DNA of 64,000 nucleotides from Carpediemonas membranifera BICM (lineage: Eukaryota > Protista > Fornicata): positions 124,001-188,000 of the forward strand of contig JAHDYR010000020.1 of NCBI GenBank assembly GCA_019828565.1, written 5' to 3'. The translations under genes and the position numbers were made by a program. The notes beneath the pieces are model-generated. The model saw nothing but the letters and a program-made list of their open reading frames with translations. It was not told where the DNA came from and did no database searches. Positions within the stretch are counted from its first letter, which is position 1, and every line of letters starts with the position of its first letter. Shown piece after piece: positions 54,248 through 64,000 of this stretch.

Positions 54248-56391
54248 TCACAGCTCCCGCTTCCGGCTCATGATGCGGCGCTTGGCCACCATTTGCAGAG
54301 TATTACGCGTCACGGTCTTCCTGGCCTCATCAAAGGGGTTCCCCTCCTCGGGGACCACGGGGCCGTCGTCCTCGAGCTCTTCCCCGGTGTTTGGGAAGGA
54401 TGAGGCGTACCACTCCTCGAACGATGCCAGCAGCTGGGCCTTGGCCCTGTTGCCGAGCGTCTGGATTGCCTTGACCTCCGCGGTGACCTCACGCAGCCGG
54501 TCGTACGCCGCCCTGTACACGTTCTTCGCGGCATTGAGCTCGTCTGTCATCTGAGAGGCCTCCGCGTCAACGATGCCCTTTGCCTCGTCCTCCTCGGCGG
54601 GGTGGGTCCTCGAGCACTCAGCCAGACGCTCCGTGAGAGTGTCGATGCGGCTCTTGGCATCGTTCACCTCGTTGGCCAGCGAACGGCGGTCCGCCTTCTT
54701 GCGGGCGAGCTCGGCCTTGTTCTCTGAGACAGAAGCGGACATCACCGCGCCCTCGCCGGCACAGAAGCGTTCAAACCCTTCCTCCTTCGACGGGGCGGGC
54801 TCAGCGTCCTTATTCTGCTCCTGGACAACGCGGGGGACGATCTTCGGTTTCATCTTCACGGGCGAGGCCGACGATGCGATGGCAGAGAGCCCCACGCTGA
54901 ACCCGGACGTGGCGGTGACGTTGCCGACACCAGAGGTCGAGGGGCGGCTGGCGGCGGCAGTTGGCTTGCCTGCGCCGCTCGTCATTTCCTGGGCGTGGTC
55001 CTGGTCGTCGATCGTGCCAGAAGGATCAGTGACAGTTCCGGCAAGAGACTTGAATTGCCGGAAAACTTCCTTGATCTGACCGACAGATACGATTTCAATA
55101 TCGTTAGATTCGCCGGCCATGTACATGCGGACCTGCTGCCGGATGTCGAAGATCTGATCGTCGGACAGCGTGCCGTAGTTGACGCCGGCACGGTTGGCAA
55201 TGGCGTCATGCATCGCAAGCTCCTGCTTAAGCTCGCGGACCTCCCTCTCGAGCTTCTTAACCATCATCACGGGGTCCATCGACTCGTTGACGACGGCGTG
55301 GTTGTTGACGCACATAACGCGCTCAGCGAAACGCAGTGTGGACACCGTTTCATCCAGATGCGCTGTCTCCCCATGGATGTTGGCGATCATGGACGTCTTG
55401 CTGTTACCCCCCAGGGAGTCCCGCAGCACGTTCGTCAGCTTGCTCTGGCGGTATGGGATGTGGTCCCGGTTCTTGGTCGAGAGCGCCACGACCACCTGCT
55501 CGAGGAAAGTGAGTGATTTGTTGATGTAGTTGGCTTCCTGGAGGATCTTGCCGTCAGACTTGGTCTTGGTCACGCGCTCAGAGCCGGCGAGATCAACCAG
55601 ATGAAGCTTGCTCATCACCACCTTCTCAGCGACAGACGTGTTGTGGCGCTGCTCGACGTGGATGGTGAATATGCAGTGAGACCGGGAGCTAGCGTTGTTC
55701 ATCTGGTGCTCGGCAATGACACGGGTCGTGTCGCCCTGAAAGAGATAGTGCATGCACTCCTCCTCGGTGGCGCATACAGGCATCGTGAGACCGCGGACAA
55801 CGGTGTTGCCGCTTGAATCGTCCTGTATCTGAAGATGGCCAGTCATTTCGTTTGGAGACAGAAGATCGTAAAGCTGCTCGTTATAAATCTCAAGATACGA
55901 AACGCGCACGGTAGCGATTGTGCCTGGGCGTTCGTTGAGGAGTCGGAATAAGTCAATGATGGCCCGGGGGACGACGCCTCGCTGCAGATAAGACATGGAA
56001 GTGTCGCCCGTCATCGTGTAGGTCTTTCCTGGGTAAGATGCGTCTGGGAACGGTGTCACGGGTCCCTTTTAGCCTAAAGCGGCACAACGGTGGGGTACAT
56101 ACCTGCGCCAGTCTGGCCGTAGCAGAAGACAGTGCCGTTGAATCCAGAGACGACGCTCTCAACAGTAGGACGGGCACAGCTCTCGTACACGTCCTGCTGC
56201 GGTGCGTCCTTCATCACTCTGTCAAAGTTGAATGTGTATACCTTCTGCTGGTTGTCGAGGAACGAGCTGCTGTCGCTCTTCGAATGCCCCAAGTTCACGG
56301 TAACTCCGGCGTCGGTAACGGAGAGAGCTTCAGAAAAGGCTGCTGTGGGGCGCAGACGAACAGCTACTTGAATATTGCCGCGTTTTGGCAT
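54248..56391 (-). CDS. Kinesin-9 family motor (KIF9/KIF6-like); intron 56029-56102
   Basis: GQTGAGKT after splicing, [29 protein letters not shown]. Confidence 0.92.
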
Positions 56392-56596
56392 AGTTTCCTT
56401 GATAAGAACTCGAAGAAGGCTGATGCTGTTGTTGGGCTAAACTGCGATAATTTTTCGGACGACGGCTTAGAAGCCAGTACATGCCCCCCTAGAGGCAGAA
56501 TCACAGAACAGACGCATCAATAAGGAAGCACAAGAAACTTTTCAGAGAGATCCCGAGTGGACCCTTCCAAGTCCAACCACGGCCAGCCCTCATGCG

Positions 56597-57373
56597 TCAC
56601 TCAGGCGCCCTCTTATCGCCCTTCTCGAACGCCACAGGCCCCTTCCGCTTGACGGCCCCACTCACCCCCTCGGCCCCCTCGAACGCCTTGCTGGCCTCGT
56701 GTCTCGCCCCCTCGGCCCAGCTCCGGTCGCTAACACTGTACAGCTTGTCCACGGCATGGCTCTTGAACATTGGGCGGCTGTACATCCCGGGACCGTGGCC
56801 CGAGTCCTTGTCCTTTGTGAAGAGACGAGGGTCAAACTTGGATGTCGAGGCGGCTGGACGCTGGCCCAGTGCCACCTTCTCGCTGATGTCGCGGTGCCGG
56901 TCACGGTTGGCATCACGCATGCGGGCTGCGCTGCTTTCACCGAGGTTCAAAGCAAGCTTGGCGGCGGCGGCGCGGAGGCGCTCTTCCTTCTCCCGCTGGG
57001 CAGCAGATTCGGCGGCTTCCTTGAGATCTGCACGTTGCTTCATCTCTGCAGCAACATTAGCCTCTGCAGCACGGATTGCGTCGGCGTTGTCCACGTGTTT
57101 CTCTGACCAGGCGCCGTCCTCTCGCTGGAGAGCATCGGTTGCCACTCGTTGAGCTAGTGGCATGATGTAGCCTCGTTGGTTCTTCCAGGCGGAGACGAGG
57201 CTGGGCACTTTCCATTCTGCTGCCTCTTCTTTGCTCAGTTTCTTTGGTTCACGGTGAAGGACGACGACAGGGTCATCATCAATCACCATCTCCTTGTGTC
57301 TACGTGCCTTTGATGGCTGAAGGGGGTCCTTTTTGGCCTGGCGTACTTGGATCAACTGTCCCTTCGGTGGCAT
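56597..57373 (-). CDS. SNW1: SKIP/SNW1/Prp45 splicing factor (short form)
   Basis: WKVPSLVSAWKNQRGY, RDISEKVALG, FDPRLF, GPVAFEK. Confidence 0.88.
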   Translation of the reverse strand: MPPKGQLIQVRQAKKDPLQPSKARRHKEMVIDDDPVVVLHREPKKLSKEEAAEWKVPSLVSAWKNQRGYIMPLAQRVATDALQREDGAWSEKHVDNADAIRAAEANVAAEMKQRADLKEAAESAAQREKEERLRAAAAKLALNLGESSAARMRDANRDRHRDISEKVALGQRPAASTSKFDPRLFTKDKDSGHGPGMYSRPMFKSHAVDKLYSVSDRSWAEGARHEASKAFEGAEGVSGAVKRKGPVAFEKGDKRAPE

Positions 57374-57666
57374 TGTTCTCAGGCCCGATACATTGCCAAT
57401 GTAACACCGTAAATGGTCAGCTCGGGCCCTTCAAACACCATCGCTCTGCGGGGAGCGTCGGGGGACAGCACGCGGGTGAGCATGCGTAGTGCTTGGTGTG
57501 TGACAGAATTCGAGTGTCGGTAGACCTTGCCTCGCCGAGCCGATGACAAGGTCCCTCGGCCTTGCTACGACCCTGATGCCCAAGACCCACTATCCTAGAT
57601 ACACAGCTGCTAGTAACGCTATTTATGACTGGGCCTGCCTTCAAGGCTCGACCCTCCCCACCCCAC

Positions 57667-58449
57667 CTACTGCCACAGCCGACGCCCAACCCTCCCGACT
57701 CGGCCAAACCAGCCGCGGGCCCCAGTGGCCTCGGGCGACACGTACCCGTCGATGGTGAGCTGCCTCCCCTTGCTAGGGGTCACGACGGGGCTCTTGAGCG
57801 CCGGGGCCTCAACCACCGTCGCCCGGTAGCCCATGGAGCGGACTCGGTCGATGTAGCTGGCGTCAGGGTTGGACCCGCTGATGATGAGGATGTGGTCGTC
57901 GTCAGGGTGCTGCGTGACCGAGAGGACGCCTGGCTGGACGGCGACGCCGCGGACAATGGCCTCGATCTCGTCATAGCGAACGGAGTGGTCGAGTGAGATG
58001 CGGCTGGTCTTGAGGATCCCGCCGAGGCCCTTGCCAACTGGCATAGTCATGTTCATCCTGGAGGCGACAGAGCGGCGGGCGGCACGGGGCGTAGGGAAGT
58101 CAGGAACGGTGGAGAGGATGTCTAGAGACGTGTTGATGGACGTGCATGCGTCTCTGAGGCGGGTGCCCTGTGGGGAAGCGGGGTCCGTGCTCGTGAAGAC
58201 CATAATCAGTGCCTTTTCGATGAGGCCCTTTGTTGGCGACGCAAGGAGATGTTTGCTGCTTTCACCTGTCTGTGCGAGTAAGTCAAGAGCATCAGCAGCG
58301 GTACACTGCAGTTCTCTATTCGTGGTGGTCTCAAGGAAAGATACAAGCCCCGAGACGACACCGGGCATCTGCGCAACAGCAGGCCTGTTAGATTCTACTT
58401 CAGCTAGAGCGAGAAATTGCCGTGCAAGCGAAAGAGGATCGGCAGACAT
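57667..58449 (-). CDS. ARMC1-like armadillo/HMA protein
   Basis: DPLSLARQFLALA...NRPAV...GVVSGLVSFL; C-terminal GWFGRV. Confidence 0.55.
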   Translation of the reverse strand: MSADPLSLARQFLALAEVESNRPAVAQMPGVVSGLVSFLETTTNRELQCTAADALDLLAQTGESSKHLLASPTKGLIEKALIMVFTSTDPASPQGTRLRDACTSINTSLDILSTVPDFPTPRAARRSVASRMNMTMPVGKGLGGILKTSRISLDHSVRYDEIEAIVRGVAVQPGVLSVTQHPDDDHILIISGSNPDASYIDRVRSMGYRATVVEAPALKSPVVTPSKGRQLTIDGYVSPEATGARGWFGRVGRVGRRLWQ

Positions 58450-58809
58450 CGAGAATTTCACGGATTTCTGCTTTTTCGCTAGGCTGCGGAGCGTTCATCG
58501 ATGGTCAAACATCGGCTTCAACGCCAACTACAGCCATGTTTGTACTAGCAGTGTGTCTGTAGACAGCAACAGCACGGTCACCATCCATCACCACTCGAAC
58601 AAACACAGTTGAGGTCGACCCGCCAGCAGTCGTGTGACGAGACCAAGCCCCGCCGCCGCGAGCAGGCGAAGAGACTACCCATGCCCGTGGTCAGGATGGC
58701 CAGAAGTCACCATCGCCATTGCCATTCCCCTCCCACGGTCATTAGAGCGGGCGTTTATTAAGCAACGACGAAAATAAACAGCACAACACAACCAACAACA
58801 CACGGCCCC

Positions 58810-60260
58810 TCACGGCTTGCAGTACACCTGCTCCCCGCCCTCCGTCGCCCACAACACGGGACGACCGAACTGGACCACGAGCTGCCCCAAGGACCCGCCC
58901 CCCATCACCGGCCCCACCAGCGGGGCAAGCTCGGACACTGTCCAGTGCGGCTTCTGGGCAAGGTTCAGCAGCACCGTGAGCCGGGCCACAGAGTCGAGGG
59001 GGAGCTGGTCGCCGTCATCCAGGGGCGGTAGGGAGAGATTGCCCGTAGCCTCCCGGGCCCGGCGGTACGCGGTGAGCAGGTCGGACATGAGGTACACCAG
59101 GCCATCGTGCTCCACCACATGGGCCCCGCAGGCCCGGAATGACTCAGTGCGAGTCATCATGAGGTCGGCGTGAGGGTCTGAGTCAGCCCCGTACGAGTTG
59201 GACGCCAGCGACTCGTTCACTGCCGCGTCACGAAGATCCGCAGCCTCTGCGCAGCTGGCGTCCCGGGTGGTGGCGTCCTCACTGGTCCGTAGCTTGCTGG
59301 CGGCGATGAGGCCGTGCAGCACCGGTTTGTTGACTCGGGCACTGAACCCCTCGGCCCCGACCACGGTCTGGAGGGCGTCAGTCTGCCCGTCCATGGCCGC
59401 GAGCACGTACTGCACCCTCTGGTCGTGGGTCAGGTCGAGACACGTCAGGAGGGCACGGTCGGCCTCGCCCACAGAGAGCTCGGCGTTCATCGCGATGGCG
59501 TCTCTTAGCTCAAGTGTCGTCTCTCCGTTGAGCACTATTGCCTGGTCAATGTCAAACTGCCCTGCCAGCTTCCTGACGAGGGCAACGACTGCGGGAACGT
59601 CACCCTCAGAGTCGGCGTCGAGGTGCCATTCAGAGGGGTAGAGCACGCGGTCATAGGGATGCCCCGGCTTGAAGTACACGTTTGCATCGGCGATGAGGCA
59701 GGCCAGCGTGTGCCGGCTGACGGGCAGCTCGGCCAAGACAGAGCTCACAGTGCACACACCCTGGCCGGACTGGTCGTCCACAAGGCGCTCTACGTCTGTG
59801 TGAGTGGGCGGGCGGGTACGAACACTCGGCGGGGACCTCAGTCGCTTTCAGCTCGATGGTATCGGAGAAACGGCCGACAATAGTGACAGCGTCGGGGTTG
59901 GGGGGCGGCACTGAGGATGTGATGGCGCCCCCACCTATCTCGGCCATGCTCCCCGAGTCTGTCTGGGTCAGGTGACACAGGTTGGTCGTCAGCAGCTTGG
60001 CGGCCTTGAAACTGTGTTAGGATCGCAAGTATGACGAACATGTGCTCTGTAGGGGGGGCCTGGGCTGAATCTTGGACTGGTTCAGCGAAGCGGAGGGCTA
60101 CACCGCCATTCCAGTGGCTGAATATCTCAGCAACAGGCTTCTCTGCGTCGTTGTGATCAAAGATGTGTGCAATAGCCTCGCTGGGGCACTCAATCACTAG
60201 GAACTCGTCATCTGGATCATATGTCTTACTGTACTGGAATGGTATGGCTTTCCCGCTCAT
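58810..60260 (-). CDS. DCC1: Sister chromatid cohesion protein DCC1-like; introns 60012-60039 and 59796-59823
   Basis: FLVIE..., KLLTTNLCHL after splicing, C-terminal winged helix WTVSELAP. Confidence 0.65.
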
Positions 60261-60543
60261 AATCTTCCCGCAGCGCACTGCGCCAAGACTAAAACTGCGT
60301 CTCCAGTATCGGCTGAGGCGGGTGGCAGACATGGGAGTCAGGTGTAAAGACACGTCATTATGCCGGACTTGACCTTAGCTAGAGGATCATGTTCAGTGAT
60401 GCCGATGTTATCATTTAAAACAGCATAAATTTCTCATAAACTTGTCAGCAATCGGACCTGGGTTCACACAATCACTCGAACATGACCAATCCCCGGGACC
60501 AACTATTTATAGATCTAGCACAATATGACAACCCCCATCGCCT

Positions 60544-61056
60544 TCATCCGGCCATGAGTTCAGCCAGACGGACAAGATATGGCGCCATGGCGTCGTCCGC
60601 AGCCTTGACCATCTCGTCCGTCATCTGCGACCCATCCTTGAAGCCGGACGACCGGAAGTACAGGTAATGGGTGAACGGGCGGATGACGTAGACGGTAACC
60701 AGGCTGTCGTCGCTCAGACGGATGTGGAAGCGCGGCATTCGGGACTTCTTTTCCGTTATTTCATTGCGGCGGTGGCTTCTGGCGGCACGGGCACCAGCCG
60801 AGAGCGTCTCACAAAGCTCTTTTGCTACTCCGCGGCAATTTTGTATTCTCGCATCATCTATTTGGCTAGCTTCGCCTACAACTAGAATTCTTCGGCTGTC
60901 TGCGCCCTTTGCTTTGACTATTGTACATTCCTGCGCCCCCTCGAAGAAGGTGCCGACTTGCTGCAAAATTCCTTGCGCAACTTTCCTTGATTCCCCTCTG
61001 AGCTCCTTTTCTGGCCTCATACAACATACAAATGGAGAACGCATGTTGATGTTCAC
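60544..61056 (-). CDS. Hypothetical protein
   Basis: 170-aa ORF in the host orientation. Confidence 0.5.
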   Translation of the reverse strand: MNINMRSPFVCCMRPEKELRGESRKVAQGILQQVGTFFEGAQECTIVKAKGADSRRILVVGEASQIDDARIQNCRGVAKELCETLSAGARAARSHRRNEITEKKSRMPRFHIRLSDDSLVTVYVIRPFTHYLYFRSSGFKDGSQMTDEMVKAADDAMAPYLVRLAELMAG

Positions 61057-61277
61057 GCTATTGTGCAGTTTTGGACAAATCCTTAAACTGCGCTCTATTC
61101 AAACCCCTCTCTTCGCCGTCAACAAGTCGTTTTTCCCAGAGACATTCCAATCTCGTCTTCCTCGTAGATGTTAGAAAACTATTGACTCTTCCAAATCTGC
61201 GTAATACCGTGGTTGGCATGGATTCTCACTCAGTCCCCCACTCAGAAATCGCAGTTTAACCATAGCATGCCGATTAC

Positions 61278-62747
61278 TCAGTTGCGGACGAGCCGCTTCT
61301 CCATGTCCTCGCGCTTCCTGTCAGCAAACTCCAGGGTGCCGTACACTGCGGGGGCAAACGGCTTCCTGGGCATGTACTGGCCGAACCCGGGGACGGCGGC
61401 CTCAGTCAGCTTGCAGTCGTCCACCATGACAGTGCCGCGGACCATGACGGTCTCGGGGCAGCCGTGGATCACCTTGCCCTCGAACACGGAGTAGTCGATC
61501 TTCGACCCGTGCGTCTGGGCACTGAGAGTGTAGTCGCGGGCCGGGTTCCAGATGGAGATGTCGGCGTCCGCACCCACAGCAATCACACCCTTCTTGCCGT
61601 AGAGGTTGTACAGGCGGCAGGGGTTGGCCGACACGAGGTTGACGAAGCCCGTGCGGGTCAGACGGCCGGCCATGACACCCTCCTCCCACATGATCAGCGT
61701 CCGCTCCTGGATGCCCGCACATCCATTGGGGATAAGAGTGAAGTCGTCACGGCCTCTCTGCCGCTGGGCCGTCGACCAGGAGCAGTGATCTGAGCCAACG
61801 AGGTCGACGTTGTTGTTGACAATGTGACCCCACAATGCGTCCACGTGCTCCCTCGCTCTGAGCGGCGGGGAGAGGACGTGATGGGCGACGTCGAGCCAGG
61901 TTCTGTCGGGGTCGAAGTAGCGGCTTTCGTCGAGGGCAAGGTGGATGCCGCAGACCTCGGTGAACACACGGTTGCCGCGCTTGCGGGAGCGCTCGATAGC
62001 GTCGATTGAGAACTTATTGGTGTTGTGGGCGACAACGAGGGGCACGCCGGCAGCGGCGGCGATGGTGCACGCCCTCTCGCAGGCCTCAGACTCGACGTGG
62101 GCGGGGCGGGTGGGGTGGGAGGCAGGGCCGGTCAGCCCACGGGCGAGGAAGTCCTTCTGCATGGCAACGATGATATCGCCGTTCTCAGCGTGAACTTGGG
62201 GAAGGGCGCCGAGGCGCTTGCAGTGCTGGAAAGAGGCGATGATATCCTCGTCGCTGAGCTGGAGGCGGCCCTTGTACGCGAGGAAGTGCTTGAAAGAGCA
62301 CACACCAAGCTCGTTGACGAGCGTCTCCATGTCCTTTGCGGTCTGCTCATCAAACCACGGCACTGAGCAGTGGAGTCCGTAGTCGGTGACTGTCTGGGCG
62401 TCGGCACGGGCACGCCAGTCGTTGTAGGCATCGACAAAGGTGCCGATCTCTCTGTCAGGGTTGATGAAGTCGATGTACGAGGTCGTCCCGCCGAGGAGGG
62501 CGGCCCGGGAGCCGGAGGTGTAGTCATCAATAGTGGAGAACACCCCAATGTTCATGTCAAGGTGAACGTGCGTGTCAATGCCGCCAGGCATCACGAACTT
62601 GCCCGTGGCATCAATCACGGTAGCTCCCTCGGGAACGGCGATCGTTTCAGCAACCTGAGCGATCTTCCCGTCCTCAATGAGCACATCTGCCTTAAATTCA
62701 TTATCGCTGTTGACGACAGTTCCGTTCTTGATGATAGTGAAGCCCAT
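61278..62747 (-). CDS. Dihydropyrimidinase / D-hydantoinase
   Basis: PGGIDTHVH, GGTT, SFKHF, VHAENG, SPPLR, GSDHC, GADAD. Confidence 0.93.
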   Translation of the reverse strand: MGFTIIKNGTVVNSDNEFKADVLIEDGKIAQVAETIAVPEGATVIDATGKFVMPGGIDTHVHLDMNIGVFSTIDDYTSGSRAALLGGTTSYIDFINPDREIGTFVDAYNDWRARADAQTVTDYGLHCSVPWFDEQTAKDMETLVNELGVCSFKHFLAYKGRLQLSDEDIIASFQHCKRLGALPQVHAENGDIIVAMQKDFLARGLTGPASHPTRPAHVESEACERACTIAAAAGVPLVVAHNTNKFSIDAIERSRKRGNRVFTEVCGIHLALDESRYFDPDRTWLDVAHHVLSPPLRAREHVDALWGHIVNNNVDLVGSDHCSWSTAQRQRGRDDFTLIPNGCAGIQERTLIMWEEGVMAGRLTRTGFVNLVSANPCRLYNLYGKKGVIAVGADADISIWNPARDYTLSAQTHGSKIDYSVFEGKVIHGCPETVMVRGTVMVDDCKLTEAAVPGFGQYMPRKPFAPAVYGTLEFADRKREDMEKRLVRN

Positions 62748-62816
62748 CCTTCGTCGTTCAGCACCGCGACTTTGCTTGACTCGAAACCGACCCACCCTCG
62801 TTAATCCGCTGTTTAC

Positions 62817-64000
62817 CTACATGTACTCGTCGTCGATCTTCTCCATCTCCTGCTCCATGATCTCCATGTACTCGTCATCGTCCTCGACGTTCCATTGGAC
62901 CTTGGTGCTCTCTCTCGTTGTCTTAACCTGCTCGAAGGTCTTGAAGAACTCCTCGACGTCATCCAGCCCTGCCGCCTTGCGCTTGACGGGAACGCCGACG
63001 TGACTAATGCCGGGTGCGTCCACACCGACGCGGGCCTTGGCCTTCTTGTCAGCAAACCGGTTCAGGTACTGGATGAACGCGAAGTCCACAGAGGGCGTGC
63101 CCTTGAACCCGATCTTGCCCTTCCTTGCAAGCTCGTCCGTGATTGCTCTGACGGAAGGGTGGTAGTGCCGTGTGAGAGCGTGCGCCTCCCACAGCGCCAC
63201 CCGGTTCGACCCGGACAGCCGGGGGTTTGGGCACACTGGGTCGTACGCCGTGACCGCGCTGGGGTCCGCTCGCTTGGCCTTGGCCTCGTCGTCGTCGGAG
63301 TCGGCGGTCTCAGCGGACTCGGGCTCGGGCTGGTGGGCCGCGACGTTAAGGATAAGACCGTCCTCCTCGTCGACTTCGAGCTCGACTGTGCGTGCCGTGG
63401 CCATCAGCATGGCGCCGATCTCCTTCCTCTGCCGGAGAATCGGGGGCAGGCGGATGACGGCCTCGCACAACAGCGCGCTCGGCTCGATCATCGTGACCTG
63501 GAGCATCCGCTTGACAAGGGCAGCCGACCGCTCGAGCTCCTTGTCCGCGAGCACGATCTTGGCCACGAGTCCCACTAGCTCGGTGCCGTGGGCGGTGTGG
63601 TGCAGCTCCGGGGACAGCAGCAGGCGGTACGTCAGCAGGACAATGTGCTGGAACATGGGCGTGCCGGGGTCCGCGATCTCCATGAGGAAGGAGAGGCAGG
63701 CAATGCTCGTGGCGAGCGGAGAGGTCCGGGCAAGCTCGAAGAGGGCGTTGGCGTGGGTCTCGAAGCGGGCAAGGGCCTTCTTCTTGTCTGCGATGAAGGG
63801 CCCAGCACGGGCGAGGCCTTTGAGGACCAGGGCGACGATGGCGGGGTCGTACGACAAGTCGTCGGCACCGCGGGTCTCGTCAGCAGCGGCAGCGGGCTTC
63901 TTCTTGCCCTTGCGGGGCTTCTTCGTCTTCTTAGCGAGCTCTCTGCCCTTCTTGGCGTCAGCGAGTTTGATGCTTTCCTGGATGGCCGAAGCAGAGTAGT
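62817..64000 (-). CDS. CBF/Mak21/Noc1 (CEBPZ-like) ribosome biogenesis protein, 5' end outside window
   Basis: YDP..NP....LWE...L..HYHPSV motif; frame open to the window edge. Confidence 0.8.
   Translation of the reverse strand, partial: YSASAIQESIKLADAKKGRELAKKTKKPRKGKKKPAAAADETRGADDLSYDPAIVALVLKGLARAGPFIADKKKALARFETHANALFELARTSPLATSIACLSFLMEIADPGTPMFQHIVLLTYRLLLSPELHHTAHGTELVGLVAKIVLADKELERSAALVKRMLQVTMIEPSALLCEAVIRLPPILRQRKEIGAMLMATARTVELEVDEEDGLILNVAAHQPEPESAETADSDDDEAKAKRADPSAVTAYDPVCPNPRLSGSNRVALWEAHALTRHYHPSVRAITDELARKGKIGFKGTPSVDFAFIQYLNRFADKKAKARVGVDAPGISHVGVPVKRKAAGLDDVEEFFKTFEQVKTTRESTKVQWNVEDDDEYMEIMEQEMEKIDDEYM

Overview
Gene-dense, GC-rich eukaryotic (protist) genomic DNA. Tiny 28-33 nt introns with the branch point fused to the 3' splice site, flagellar genes and an expanded RCC1-like family suggest a free-living fornicate/metamonad such as Carpediemonas (inference only). 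About 43 host genes are recognisable, and all lie head-to-tail on the minus strand. They include TK, ferritin, BBS7, CDK, Rap/Ras, eIF5A, calmodulin, SRPK, PSMB7, importin-alpha, RPL24, UBE2S, kinesin-9, DCC1 and dihydropyrimidinase. The intergenic spaces hold an unusual mobile system. Several Fanzor (eukaryotic TnpB-like, RNA-guided RuvC nuclease) relics are bounded not by inverted repeats but by very short (~30-48 bp) TG...CA direct repeats. They mostly have 5-bp target duplications and a polypurine tract inside one repeat, and there are solo repeats and conserved omegaRNA-like hairpins. One of these elements abuts an intact chromodomain Ty3/gypsy element whose identical LTRs are only 51 bp. 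Best candidate for an undescribed system: micro-LTR retroelement-like Fanzor carriers, possibly with a fixed guide matching their own repeat. All assignments come from reading motifs by eye; no searches were run.
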